A stretch of 64,000 nt of DNA from Minisyncoccota bacterium (GCA_041664625.1 JBAYKK010000001.1:1956-65955), one strand, 5' to 3'. Positions 17,101 to 26,658 are shown, numbered from the stretch's first letter. Notes: generated from the letters alone by a model not told the origin. Made by a program: numbers and translations.

Positions 17101-17162
17101 TCGGCAGACCTGGAAAGTCTGTGTGGGGCAACTCACCAAGGGTTCGAATCCCTTTCTCTCCG
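17078..17162 (+). tRNA. tRNA-Ser (anticodon GGA) with a long variable arm. CCA is not encoded.
   Basis: Hand fold: acceptor GGAGAGA/TCTCTCC, anticodon stem CAGAC/GTCTG with loop CTGGAAA, and T-arm AAGGG-TTCGAAT-CCCTT. It closely resembles E. coli tRNA-Ser. Confidence 0.8.
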
Positions 17163-17275
17163 CATTGACAATTTAGTATCGGTGTGTCCCGATTACTTGA
17201 GAGTAATCTGCGACCGGAATACTATAAAAAGTTGAACAAAAAATACGAGAGCTATTCGTATTTTTTGTTTTCCTA

Positions 17276-18604
17276 CTAAGCTATCAGAGTTATCTTTTTA
17301 TCCTTATACTCCAACCTGCTTCTGAGATTAGCCAGCAGTTCTCTTTTCTCGCTCGTGCTCCCTTCCTTGAGGAGATACTTGGCGTAATTCCTAATGTCGG
17401 TATCGTAGTTAGTTTGCGTTTTTTCTTTGGCTCCAAGCACAGATCGCTGGAAAATATTGTATCTTTTAATCTCTTCTTCCAACTTATGTTGCATCCCAAG
17501 CTCATTGAGATTCACTTGGTCTATGATTTTAAGAAGCCCGTCAATCAGTTCTTCCTCCCTAATATATTTATTCTTGCAATTCCGGTCTCTAGCTCGGCTA
17601 CACCCGTAGTATATGTAGTGAGCCGAAGTACCATCTTTAAGCGGCTTCCATTTTTCTTCAGCTGATATGCCAGACTGGCAGTACCCACAGGTGAAAAGCT
17701 TGGTAAAGGCAAACTCTTTGTTTTCTCTCACTATCTGATCCCGCTTAAGTTGAGCTTGGGTTTTTTCAAAAAGTTCCTGAGTAATTAACGGCTGGTGCTT
17801 GCCTTGGTACCAGTTTCCAGACTTGGTTGGATACTCAAATGGGCCGTAGTAGAAGGTATTTTGCAGTACTCGGTATACTCCACTTAACGTCAGGGGTTTA
17901 TTCCCCCGGGTATGGAAATTCAGTTCAAATTTCATCCAGTTGTAAATCCTTCTGCCAGAATATTGCTCGTACGCCACCTTCTCAAACATCTTTTTTATTA
18001 TCGGAGCTCTCGCAGGATCAACTAACAACACGCACTTCCTATCCATCATTTTTTGGGTTAAATATCCAAGTGGTGCTTGAGTTGGCCAGAGACCCATCTC
18101 TACTCTAGTTCGCAAACCTCTTTTTACATTGATGCCTCGGTTATCGTTTTCTAGTTTTGCCTGACTGCCTAAAATCATCAGGAGGAATTTTTCATTAGGG
18201 TTATTTGAAAACTTCTGACTATATGTGCGTATTTCCACCAAAAGTTTGGCATCCATGAGGTCTACGATTTTTCCCAAGTCCCCGGCATTCCTTGAAATTC
18301 TGTCCGATGCCCAGGTTAATATTCCATTATATTTTTCTTTCCTAATATCATCGATTATTTCATTAAAGACCACTCTTGTACCGGTCTCTTTTGCAGAGTG
18401 ACTTTCTCTCTTAATTTCTACCACCTCCAACCCTTCCTTTTCAGCCAGTTGAAGCATCTCCTTCACCTGACTATCAATGCTCAAAACTTGCCTCTCCTCG
18501 GACTCGGTACTCTTCCTAGCATAGAGGCAGTATTTGACCGGAACCACCACTTCTTCTTTTTTCTTGAAATCTATAATCGAACTTCTTATTTGTGTTTCTT
18601 GCAT
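17276..18604 (-). CDS. Large serine recombinase (integrase).
   Basis: Catalytic 'YARKSTESEE..SIDSQ' N-terminus, a recombinase domain and a C-terminal Cys cluster 'CGYC...C'. Confidence 0.85.
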   Translation of the reverse strand: MQETQIRSSIIDFKKKEEVVVPVKYCLYARKSTESEERQVLSIDSQVKEMLQLAEKEGLEVVEIKRESHSAKETGTRVVFNEIIDDIRKEKYNGILTWASDRISRNAGDLGKIVDLMDAKLLVEIRTYSQKFSNNPNEKFLLMILGSQAKLENDNRGINVKRGLRTRVEMGLWPTQAPLGYLTQKMMDRKCVLLVDPARAPIIKKMFEKVAYEQYSGRRIYNWMKFELNFHTRGNKPLTLSGVYRVLQNTFYYGPFEYPTKSGNWYQGKHQPLITQELFEKTQAQLKRDQIVRENKEFAFTKLFTCGYCQSGISAEEKWKPLKDGTSAHYIYYGCSRARDRNCKNKYIREEELIDGLLKIIDQVNLNELGMQHKLEEEIKRYNIFQRSVLGAKEKTQTNYDTDIRNYAKYLLKEGSTSEKRELLANLRSRLEYKDKKITLIA

Positions 18605-18746
18605 AATATTTAAATTAGCTTGTATACATACAGAGATGACGCTTTTCGCCCTATGTGTCCAGAGCGTCCCGAGAGCTAACTGTTGGTAACTTTAGCCCCT
18701 AAATTCTTTACTAAAGCCAACAATTATCTTAATATTAAGTACCGTT

Positions 18747-19166
18747 ATGTTTTCAATAGATCTTAAAAAAATTACTAAAATATCAGCGATATTTATTATC
18801 CTGGGAGCAGTGATTTTTGGCTATTTTTGTCTAGACACATTTACTCACCATCAAATGGAAGCGGGGTTAACCGGTAACACTTCATCTGTAATGCAGAATG
18901 CTGAATCTTGTTGTAGTACAACTTTTTCAAAATATTCAGAATCCTTACTATCTAATTTTAATTTGTCATCAAGGGCTGATGATTATTTACTCATTCTTAT
19001 TATCTCAGTTGTATTAGCTTATATAATAAATTTGCTACTTCGCAGTATTACAAATACAGGTTCCTTATTGCAGAGATTGTTCTTACTGCAAAACCCAAAT
19101 CTCGTCGCGTTTAATTCTCTTAAACTAGCTTTTTCAAACGGAATAATTAATCCAAAAATTTTTTAA
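18747..19166 (+). CDS. Hypothetical membrane protein.
   Basis: Two hydrophobic helices. A terminator hairpin follows at 19181-19220. Confidence 0.4.
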   Translation: MFSIDLKKITKISAIFIILGAVIFGYFCLDTFTHHQMEAGLTGNTSSVMQNAESCCSTTFSKYSESLLSNFNLSSRADDYLLILIISVVLAYIINLLLRSITNTGSLLQRLFLLQNPNLVAFNSLKLAFSNGIINPKIF

Positions 19167-19244
19167 CTTCCCAAGTTGTTGCGCTTAATAATGTTTAAGC
19201 GCGTGCCTTTTTGTATTTTACTAATTATTAAACTTAAATAAGTT

Positions 19245-19967
19245 ATGGAAACCGAATTAAAAAAAGAGCGTATATCCATACCCACAGCAATTATCCTGGC
19301 GGGTGTATTAATTGCTGGAGCGGTGATATGGAGTAATAAAAGCAATGCAAATTTAGCTCAAAAACAGCAACCTCAACAAGTCGCGCAGCAGACCGGCGAC
19401 CTCGAGCAGATGGCTAAAATATCTGCTAGCGACCACATTCGCGGTAATCCAGATGCGCCAGTTAAAATCGTCGAATACTCGGACCCGGAATGTCCATTCT
19501 GCAAACGCTTCCACGACACGATGAAGCAGGTCATGGATGAGTACGGCAAAGACGGAAAGGTTGCGTGGGTCTACCGTAATTTTCCGCTTGATCAACTCCA
19601 TCCAAAAGCTCGCAATGAATCCGTGGCTATCGAATGTGCCGGTGATTTAGGAGGTAACGACAAATTCTGGTCATATGCCGATCGGCTCTACGAAGTGACT
19701 CCCTCAAACAACGGCCTTGATCCAGCAGAGCTTCCCAAAATAGCTCAATATGTTGGCCTTGATGTAAGTAAATTCAACAGCTGTCTTACGAGTGGAAAAT
19801 TCGACAAACACATTGAGGATGATGTTCAGAATGCCGCTGCAACAGGTGGAAACGGTACGCCATGGAGCATTGTGGTTGATAAGAATGGTAAGAAGTACCC
19901 TCTGTCCGGCGCACAGCCCTACGCTTCAGTAAAACAGCTAATAGATATCGCTCTACAAAGCAAATAA
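19245..19967 (+). CDS. DsbA-family thiol:disulfide oxidoreductase.
   Basis: N-terminal TM anchor and the thioredoxin-fold active site 'CPFC'. Confidence 0.75.
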   Translation: METELKKERISIPTAIILAGVLIAGAVIWSNKSNANLAQKQQPQQVAQQTGDLEQMAKISASDHIRGNPDAPVKIVEYSDPECPFCKRFHDTMKQVMDEYGKDGKVAWVYRNFPLDQLHPKARNESVAIECAGDLGGNDKFWSYADRLYEVTPSNNGLDPAELPKIAQYVGLDVSKFNSCLTSGKFDKHIEDDVQNAAATGGNGTPWSIVVDKNGKKYPLSGAQPYASVKQLIDIALQSK

Positions 19968-19971
19968 CTCT

Positions 19972-20514
19972 ATGGTATTTCAAGCTCTGCAAAAAGTATT
20001 CCGGAGACCACAGTATGCGCTACTTGCTTTCGTAACAAGCGTAACAGTCTTTGTGTTTGCTGTCTGGTTCCCAAACCTACCACTGATTGTAAGAATCATG
20101 GGACACTCAGACATATTATTCTCGCAGAAGTTTGATCTACCAATCAGTCTTTTAGGATCAATTGTTACCAACTTCACTCTGCTCTCCGCTTCATACACTA
20201 TAGCTATCGCTATTTTGTTCGGAATTAATCTGTCTATGCTCGTCTACTTTTTGCGGCGAAGAGTTGCTGAAGTAAAACAAGGAGGAATTGCCACAGGAAT
20301 ATTTGGTATTACGAGCGGAGTTGTAGGAATCGGCTGTGCCGCCTGCGGATCGTTTCTCTTGACCAGTATTCTCTCGCTAGTTGGTGCATCCTGGATACTT
20401 TCATTTCTTCCCTTGCGCGGAGCGGAATTTGGCATCTTAGGGGTAATCTTACTTTCCACATCACTCTACACAACAGCGAAGAAAATCCAAAATCCGGTTA
20501 TCTGCAAAATTTAG
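19972..20514 (+). CDS. Polytopic membrane protein with an intramembrane CxxC ('GCAACGS').
   Basis: Hydropathy pattern and the Cys motif. Confidence 0.45.
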   Translation: MVFQALQKVFRRPQYALLAFVTSVTVFVFAVWFPNLPLIVRIMGHSDILFSQKFDLPISLLGSIVTNFTLLSASYTIAIAILFGINLSMLVYFLRRRVAEVKQGGIATGIFGITSGVVGIGCAACGSFLLTSILSLVGASWILSFLPLRGAEFGILGVILLSTSLYTTAKKIQNPVICKI

Positions 20515-20537
20515 CCACAATCATTTAAATCAAAAAT

Positions 20538-21134
20538 ATGGAACCCACAATAAATCAAGAATTAACACGTCAGCAGCGCAGAGAGGTTGAACGACAAGAA
20601 AGAAAAAAAGGAGAAGGGTCGTCTCTACAAAAACGGAAAATAAAAAAGGTTTTGCTTTGGACAATCGGTACTCTTATCGTGATTGGGATAATCTATTTGC
20701 TTGCAATAAGTGTAAAAAACCAAAAACCAAGGCCTGGTGAAGCCTTTTCAGTACAAGGACAAGAACATATTGCGGTTGGAGCAACTCACGAAGAGTACAA
20801 CTCTAACTTACCCACATCCGGCCCTCATTACGCACAACCCGCAAAATGGGGAGTGTACCAGAGCGAACTGCCTGATGAACAAGTTGTCCACAATCTTGAG
20901 CACGGTGGCATCTGGATTGCTTATAAAGACATTCCTGAAGACACAAAAACTACTTTGGAAGAAATTACAAAATCCGGATTGAAGATAATTATGACACCCA
21001 GAGCCAAAAATGATGCACCTATCACTCTCGCTTCTTGGGGAAGAGTTCAGAAGTTTGAGAGTTTTGACAGACAGGCCATCTTAGACTTTATCAGAGCCAA
21101 TACTAACAAATCACCTGAACCATTTGCGCAGTAG
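20538..21134 (+). CDS. Membrane-anchored secreted protein, possibly DUF3105-like.
   Basis: 'SGPHY....HNLEHGGIWI' pattern. Family assignment is tentative. Confidence 0.4.
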   Translation: MEPTINQELTRQQRREVERQERKKGEGSSLQKRKIKKVLLWTIGTLIVIGIIYLLAISVKNQKPRPGEAFSVQGQEHIAVGATHEEYNSNLPTSGPHYAQPAKWGVYQSELPDEQVVHNLEHGGIWIAYKDIPEDTKTTLEEITKSGLKIIMTPRAKNDAPITLASWGRVQKFESFDRQAILDFIRANTNKSPEPFAQ

Positions 21135-21253
21135 GCGAGAAATAAAGAATGTTGGTTATCCACAGGTGTATATTTGACAAATAGAGTATAGGGGTATAGG
21201 GTATATATAGGTCGATAATAATCAATCCAAATTACCCTATAAACCACTAAATC

Positions 21254-21526
21254 ATGTTAGATCAAAAACTAAAAAAGAAAGCCACCCACCGAGCCAGAAT
21301 CATTCGCGGTCAGATGGATGGCTTAATAAAAGCAATAGAAGAAGAAAAGTATTGTGTTGATTTGATAACACAGTCTCGATCAATTCAGCTCTCACTCAAG
21401 AGTATGGACAGGGTGCTTCTTGCCAACCATCTTCAGGGTCATGTGAAGCACATGCTCAATGATAAAAAACAAGAAGCCAAAGCCATTAAAGAGCTCGTCG
21501 ACCTCTACGCGTTATCAAACAAATAA
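21254..21526 (+). CDS. CsoR/RcnR-family metal-sensing transcriptional repressor.
   Basis: 90 aa helical protein with Cys (YCVD) and His (HLQGH) at the CsoR metal-ligand positions. Confidence 0.6.
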   Translation: MLDQKLKKKATHRARIIRGQMDGLIKAIEEEKYCVDLITQSRSIQLSLKSMDRVLLANHLQGHVKHMLNDKKQEAKAIKELVDLYALSNK

Positions 21527-21528
21527 CC

Positions 21529-21738
21529 ATGCGCAAAAAAATTACATCATTTTTAAAGAAATTTGGAATGCATGAGGTGAAAGAACCTCAGACTTTCTTT
21601 GATGTTGTTTGCGGTATGGAGCTTACAGTGGATAAAATCAAGCACACCGTTGAGCACACGAACGGCACTGCGTATCATTTCTGTTCGAAGTCGTGCAAGG
21701 ATCATTTCGTCAATGATCCTCAAAAATATCTAAGTTAA
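21529..21738 (+). CDS. YHS/TRASH-domain metal-binding protein (1 of 3).
   Basis: 'DVVCGM....YHFCSKSCKDHFVNDP'. Confidence 0.7.
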   Translation: MRKKITSFLKKFGMHEVKEPQTFFDVVCGMELTVDKIKHTVEHTNGTAYHFCSKSCKDHFVNDPQKYLS

Positions 21739-21760
21739 TTAATCAATTAACTCAAAAAAT

Positions 21761-21997
21761 ATGAAGATGTCAAAAATATTGCATGTTGTCAGCGTTATAT
21801 CGGGAATCTTGGGAGTCCTCTCTTTTCTTGGTTTGTTTGGCGGAGGAATGATGTCTGGGTTCTCTGGAATGATGGGATACGGACAAGGGTCTACACTCAT
21901 GCCCATGGGTTCGATAGTATTCTTTCTCATCGCTATCTGGCTTCAGCTCGCAACCATGCATCACATGATGCTCGAGAAGAAAAGAGAGCTTGTTTAG
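21761..21997 (+). CDS. Small membrane protein with a Met/Gly-rich loop ('GGGMMSGFSGMMGYGQGSTLMPMGS').
   Basis: Met-rich motif of the kind seen in Cu(I)-binding proteins. Preceded by the AT palindrome motif. Confidence 0.45.
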   Translation: MKMSKILHVVSVISGILGVLSFLGLFGGGMMSGFSGMMGYGQGSTLMPMGSIVFFLIAIWLQLATMHHMMLEKKRELV

Positions 21998-22011
21998 ATT
22001 AAAAACTAATA

Positions 22012-22194
22012 ATGAAAACCATGGAAAATAACCACCCATCAAGAAAAGTGTTCGATCCAGTGTGTGGCATGGAGCTTGATATTGAAAATGTCAGACATTC
22101 TTTTGAACACGAAGGTATAGAGTATTACTTCTGTTCTGAGAAGTGCAAAACTGAATTTATTAATGATCCGGAAAAGTTTATTAAAAAAGATTAA
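22012..22194 (+). CDS. YHS/TRASH-domain metal-binding protein (2 of 3).
   Basis: 'DPVCGM....YYFCSEKCKTEFINDP'. Confidence 0.7.
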   Translation: MKTMENNHPSRKVFDPVCGMELDIENVRHSFEHEGIEYYFCSEKCKTEFINDPEKFIKKD

Positions 22195-22224
22195 TTATCA
22201 CTTAATTAATAATTAACAAAAAAT

Positions 22225-22491
22225 ATGAATCTCTCACTAAAATCATATGGCTGGAAGTGTGTCATTGGAGCCGAAGTGGCATACATTCTTTGTGTATTGG
22301 GCGGATTCCTCCCCTTACGGTCAGCGGCTGGGATACAGCTTCATCACACCATTTTTGAAACTCTACCTGGCTTTACTTGGATTAGTTTTGGCAGCTTCAT
22401 ACTTGGTGCAATCTATATGTTCGTCTTCGCTTGGATTTTCGCTTCCTATTTCGTGTGGATGCACAATTCAAGTTTAATAAGTACTAAATAA
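22225..22491 (+). CDS. Small membrane protein.
   Basis: Two or three TM helices. Preceded by the conserved TTAATTAATAATTAAC motif. Confidence 0.4.
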   Translation: MNLSLKSYGWKCVIGAEVAYILCVLGGFLPLRSAAGIQLHHTIFETLPGFTWISFGSFILGAIYMFVFAWIFASYFVWMHNSSLISTK

Positions 22492-22499
22492 TCAAAATT

Positions 22500-22799
22500 A
22501 TGCACAACCACGAAAAAGACAATAAAGGAATGGGTTCTATGATGTGGATGATGCTCATCTGCTGTGCTGTACCACTGATTCTTATTCTTCTCTTTGGAGT
22601 AGGAGGCAAAGCATTTGGCGCTTCGTCATGGGTTATTTTTGGTGGAGTTGCGTTTATGCTGTTGGCCCACTTCTTTATGATGAGAGGCCATGGACATTCT
22701 AATGAAGAAAAAGATAAACAAGGTATTGCTGGTGAAGATAGCAAAAACAAAGATGATAAGGACCACAAAGATCATTCCGGTCATGGATGTTGCAGTTAA
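22500..22799 (+). CDS. Met/His-rich small membrane protein ending in 'SGHGCCS'.
   Basis: 'MGSMMWMM', 'HFFMMRGHGHS' and a C-terminal His/Asp/Lys-rich tail with a CC pair. Confidence 0.45.
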   Translation: MHNHEKDNKGMGSMMWMMLICCAVPLILILLFGVGGKAFGASSWVIFGGVAFMLLAHFFMMRGHGHSNEEKDKQGIAGEDSKNKDDKDHKDHSGHGCCS

Positions 22800-22815
22800 A
22801 TAAAGTTAAAATTAT

Positions 22816-23025
22816 ATGGAAAACAAAATAAAATCATTGATCAAAAAATTGAGTAGGTTTGGTTTTAGTGTCAAACCCAAAAAAGAAAGCCATATAGATC
22901 CCGTGTGCGGAATGGCGGTGTCGGATGATTCTCTCAAAGCCGATTATAAAGGCAAAAGTTATTATTTTTGCTCAAGCCACTGTAAAGAACAGTTCATAGC
23001 CAATCCTAGTGAGTACGTAGATTAA
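22816..23025 (+). CDS. YHS/TRASH-domain metal-binding protein (3 of 3).
   Basis: 'DPVCGM....YYFCSSHCKEQFIANP'. Confidence 0.7.
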   Translation: MENKIKSLIKKLSRFGFSVKPKKESHIDPVCGMAVSDDSLKADYKGKSYYFCSSHCKEQFIANPSEYVD

Positions 23026-23029
23026 AAAC

Positions 23030-23482
23030 ATGGATACAAAACAGAAGACAAAAATATTCCTTAATGCCATTACGGCGACTCTTTCGCTTCTACTTTTGTA
23101 TTTTGCCATAGTTACTCTGGTATCTGGCTTCAAATTTGCCATGTCTCAATTTGAAAGCTTTTGGTATTTTTTAATCAGTCTGGCGATAGGATTTGGAATC
23201 CAGATTGGTCTGTACTCTTATCTCAAACAACTGGTTAAAAACAGCAACACGATTATGAAGGACAAGACTATTGCAGTAACTGGGACAACTTCCACTCTAG
23301 CCATGATTTCATGCTGTGCTCATTATCTTGCCAATATTGTACCCATACTTGGTATAGCCGGAGCGCTTACTATTATCGCCCAATATCAAACTGAGATTTT
23401 CTGGGTTGGACTTGCATTTAACCTGTTTGGCATTGCATTTATCAGTAATAAAGTCATTAAATTTAAAAAATATCATGAATAA
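23030..23482 (+). CDS. Membrane protein with four predicted TM helices.
   Basis: Hydropathy. Confidence 0.45.
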   Translation: MDTKQKTKIFLNAITATLSLLLLYFAIVTLVSGFKFAMSQFESFWYFLISLAIGFGIQIGLYSYLKQLVKNSNTIMKDKTIAVTGTTSTLAMISCCAHYLANIVPILGIAGALTIIAQYQTEIFWVGLAFNLFGIAFISNKVIKFKKYHE

Positions 23483-23936
23483 AACAATTACAATATTGGT
23501 ACTGGTACTTGCTTTTATAGGTGGCTTCCTGCTTTTTTATAAGCCTAAACAAATTTCTAGTCCGACTACAGACAATTCTCCTGCATCAAGTACATTGGGT
23601 CAGTGGGAAACAAAAACTGATGAACAAGCAAATGTAACGGTTACCATTACCCCATCTGACATATCCATAGATTCAAAGGAGTGGAAATTTGATGTTGTTA
23701 TGAATACCCATTCGGTAGAATTGGATCAAGATATGGTTAAGGCGACAATTCTTATAGATAATCCGGGGGAGGAATATAAACCATTGCGCTGGGAAGGCGC
23801 TGGGCCTGGGGGCCATCACAGAGAAGGCACTTTGGTTTTTGCTCCAATCAAGCCCTATCCACAACACCTAAGCTTGATTATTAAGGGTATTGGCGACAAA
23901 GACAAAGCCTTTGCGTGGATCTTAAATGGGGAATAA
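23475..23936 (+). CDS. Hypothetical anchored or secreted protein.
   Basis: N-terminal TM helix, then a soluble domain with 'GGHHREG'. Confidence 0.35.
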   Translation: MNKTITILVLVLAFIGGFLLFYKPKQISSPTTDNSPASSTLGQWETKTDEQANVTVTITPSDISIDSKEWKFDVVMNTHSVELDQDMVKATILIDNPGEEYKPLRWEGAGPGGHHREGTLVFAPIKPYPQHLSLIIKGIGDKDKAFAWILNGE

Positions 23937-23959
23937 TTTTTTAATCAAATCAGAACGAT

Positions 23960-24484
23960 ATGAATCCAAAAATAAGACATCATGAAGAAAGTACGATAGT
24001 AGACATTTCTCCTATGAGACTTTTTGCGTACGTGGATGACCATGCCCGTTTTGCGTCACACATGAATAGTTCTTCTTGGATGATGGGCGGAGGACATATG
24101 AATACCCAAGTTGATACGGGGCGTGGCCAAAGAGTCGGTTCACATATACAAATGGACGGAAAAATTTTGGGCATTAATCTTTATCTTGATGAAGTTGTAA
24201 CGCAATACGAACCGCCTTATTTAAAAATATGGAAAACAGTTGGAGATATAAACCTCTTAATAATCGGCCACTATCAAATGGGTTTTAAAATAGAAGAAGA
24301 ACGTGGTAAGTCATTATTTACGGTGTTTATAAATTATAAACTGCCCCAATATATCGGTACTCGCTGGTTGGGATATTTATTGGGAGGAGTTTATGCGAAG
24401 TGGTGCGTTAAACAAATGCTTTCAGGCCCAACAAAATATTTTAATCATAATAACAAGAGACAAAATTATGGAACACAATCATAA
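23960..24484 (+). CDS. Hypothetical protein.
   Basis: ORF only. Its end overlaps the start of the ATPase gene. Confidence 0.3.
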   Translation: MNPKIRHHEESTIVDISPMRLFAYVDDHARFASHMNSSSWMMGGGHMNTQVDTGRGQRVGSHIQMDGKILGINLYLDEVVTQYEPPYLKIWKTVGDINLLIIGHYQMGFKIEEERGKSLFTVFINYKLPQYIGTRWLGYLLGGVYAKWCVKQMLSGPTKYFNHNNKRQNYGTQS

Positions 24485-26654
24485 TCCAATGAAAGAAAAA
24501 GATGGAATAATATACACCTGCCCCATGCATCCGGAGGTAAGGAAAACCGAGCCAGGCAAATGTCCAGGTTGCGGTATGGACTTGATTCCTGAAAAGAAAT
24601 CGGTAGGGGTTCACGCTGACCATGATATGCAAAAGATGAGCCATATGGATCATGAATCTGCCATGACAAATCCTCAGATGGCCAAGAAAATGGAAAAAGA
24701 TATGCGCCGAAGATTTTGGATTTCTTTCTTACTTTCCATCCCCATCTTTCTCTACTCCCCAGTCGGCATTAATTTCTTTGGGCTCAATCTGCCAACCCCA
24801 ATACCTATAAATTGGCTTCTCTTTATACTTACAACTCCGATAGTATTTTGGACCGGCTCGATCTTTATTACTGGTACCTACTACTCGCTCAAAGCCAAAA
24901 AACTCAATATGGCCGTGCTTATAGCCACCGGCGTTTTAGCTGCGTATCTTTTTAGTGTACTCCTCACTTTTATTCGACCGGGTAGCGAAACTTTTTATGA
25001 AGCGGCAGCTCTTTTAGTTACTTTCGTGTTGTTTGGCCATTGGATGGAAATGAAATCCCGCAGAGGCACTTCTGATTCGCTTAGGGCTCTTTTTGATCTT
25101 GTTCCACCAAAGGCAATTGTTATAAGAGATGGAAAAGAGTTGGTTATTTTAAGTTCCGAAATTATTAAAGGAGATATTGTTTTGGTAAAACCGGGTGACA
25201 AAATTCCGGTGGACGGCAAGGTTATTGAAGGAGAAACCAGTATAGATGAATCTCTCATTACCGGAGAATCAATTCCCGTAAGCAAAAATATCGGCGATGC
25301 TGTCGTTGGCGGATCGGTCAATATCACCGGGGTTATCAAATTTAAAGCTGAAAAAGTCGGTGCTGACACTGTATTAGCAAGCATCATTAAAATGGTTGAA
25401 ACTGCCCAGAACTCCAAAGCTCCTGGCCAGCGTATTGCCGATAAGGCGGCCGGATGGCTGGTAGTTGTAGCGATTGGCTCAGGGCTGGCCGCTTTTTTTG
25501 GCTGGTATGTATTCGCCGGCGCTGCTTTGATCACTGCTCTTACCTTTGCAGTCTCAACAGTGGTCATCGCGTGCCCTGACGCTCTTGGTTTAGCTACCCC
25601 TACGGCCGTTGCGGTGGGTACTGGAATAGGAGCTAAAAATAATATCCTTATCAAAGATGCGGCTACTTTGGAAAATACTTCTCGCCTAACTGCTATCGTG
25701 CTTGATAAGACCGGTACTTTAACTGAAGGAAAACCGAAAGTGACTGATGTTATTGCTTTCAATGGATTTACTGAAGATGAGATCATGAAATACGAAGCCA
25801 CTATTGAGTCCGGTTCCAATCATCCAATTGCCAAAGCTATTATTGACGAAGCAAAAAATAGAAATATTGAAATTGCTTCTCATCAAAATTTTGAATCAGT
25901 GGCAGGACACGGGCTAAGAGCGGTCATAGACGGCAAAAAAATATTAACTGGCAAAGAAAAACTATTGAATGATAATGGTGTTGATATAATAAAAGAAAGG
26001 ATTGTCTTTGAACGCTTGGCGAGTGAAGGTAAAACAGTCAGTATTTTGGCAGTTGACGGCAAAGTTGCCGGAGTAATAGCGGTAGCCGATACTATTAAAC
26101 CAAATTCCAAGAAAGCGATAGTTGCTCTAAAAAAATTAGGGCTTGAAGTCATTATGATTACCGGTGATAACCAGCGTGTTGCTCAAGGTGTCGCTAATGA
26201 GCTCGGCATAGACCGCTTCTTTGCTGAGGTCTTGCCGGAAGAAAAAGAAAACTATGTAAAAAAACTGCAAGATGAAGGGAAATTTGTGGCTATGGTTGGC
26301 GATGGTATAAATGACGCTCCCGCTTTGGCTCGTTCGGATATTGGTATTGCCATAGGAGCGGGTACAGACGTGGCTATTGAGACCGGCAATATTGTGCTTA
26401 TGAAATCCGATCCTTATGATATTGTGGCCGCCATTCGTTTAAGTAAAGCGACTGTCAGAAAAATGAAGCAAAATCTGTTTTGGGCTGCCATATACAACCT
26501 CCTTGCCATTCCAGTTGCGGCCGGGGCATTTTATAACTCGTTTGGGTTATCTCTTCGACCAGAAATAGCGGCGCTTTTAATGTCCGCTTCATCTATAATT
26601 GTCGCTACCAATGCTGTTTTGCTTAAAAGAGTGGAATCAAAATTAAAATTATAA
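24468..26654 (+). CDS. copA: Heavy-metal (Cu+-type) translocating P1B-type ATPase.
   Basis: N-terminal Cys cluster 'CPMHPEV..CPGCGM', TM 'CPC' ('ACPDALGLATP'), 'DKTGTLT', 'GDGINDAP' and 'MITGD'. Confidence 0.9.
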   Translation: MEHNHNPMKEKDGIIYTCPMHPEVRKTEPGKCPGCGMDLIPEKKSVGVHADHDMQKMSHMDHESAMTNPQMAKKMEKDMRRRFWISFLLSIPIFLYSPVGINFFGLNLPTPIPINWLLFILTTPIVFWTGSIFITGTYYSLKAKKLNMAVLIATGVLAAYLFSVLLTFIRPGSETFYEAAALLVTFVLFGHWMEMKSRRGTSDSLRALFDLVPPKAIVIRDGKELVILSSEIIKGDIVLVKPGDKIPVDGKVIEGETSIDESLITGESIPVSKNIGDAVVGGSVNITGVIKFKAEKVGADTVLASIIKMVETAQNSKAPGQRIADKAAGWLVVVAIGSGLAAFFGWYVFAGAALITALTFAVSTVVIACPDALGLATPTAVAVGTGIGAKNNILIKDAATLENTSRLTAIVLDKTGTLTEGKPKVTDVIAFNGFTEDEIMKYEATIESGSNHPIAKAIIDEAKNRNIEIASHQNFESVAGHGLRAVIDGKKILTGKEKLLNDNGVDIIKERIVFERLASEGKTVSILAVDGKVAGVIAVADTIKPNSKKAIVALKKLGLEVIMITGDNQRVAQGVANELGIDRFFAEVLPEEKENYVKKLQDEGKFVAMVGDGINDAPALARSDIGIAIGAGTDVAIETGNIVLMKSDPYDIVAAIRLSKATVRKMKQNLFWAAIYNLLAIPVAAGAFYNSFGLSLRPEIAALLMSASSIIVATNAVLLKRVESKLKL

Positions 26655-26658
26655 ATTT

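Noticed and set aside
17163-17275. A direct repeat of the tRNA-Ser 3' end was searched for as attR of a tyrosine-integrase-type island.
   Set aside because: None was found by eye. The adjacent recombinase is a serine integrase, whose att sites share only a few bp, so the absence of a long direct repeat is expected. The island boundary is left open.
24995-25819. A 274 aa minus-strand ORF, and several other long antisense ORFs, inside copA. Similar antisense ORFs lie inside the MCO gene (27670..28074), inside the EamA gene (41061..41588) and inside dnaB (13850..14278).
   Set aside because: They lie antisense within genes that have unambiguous conserved motifs. Their composition is low-complexity Ser/Pro/Thr/Ala, which is typical of shadow ORFs.
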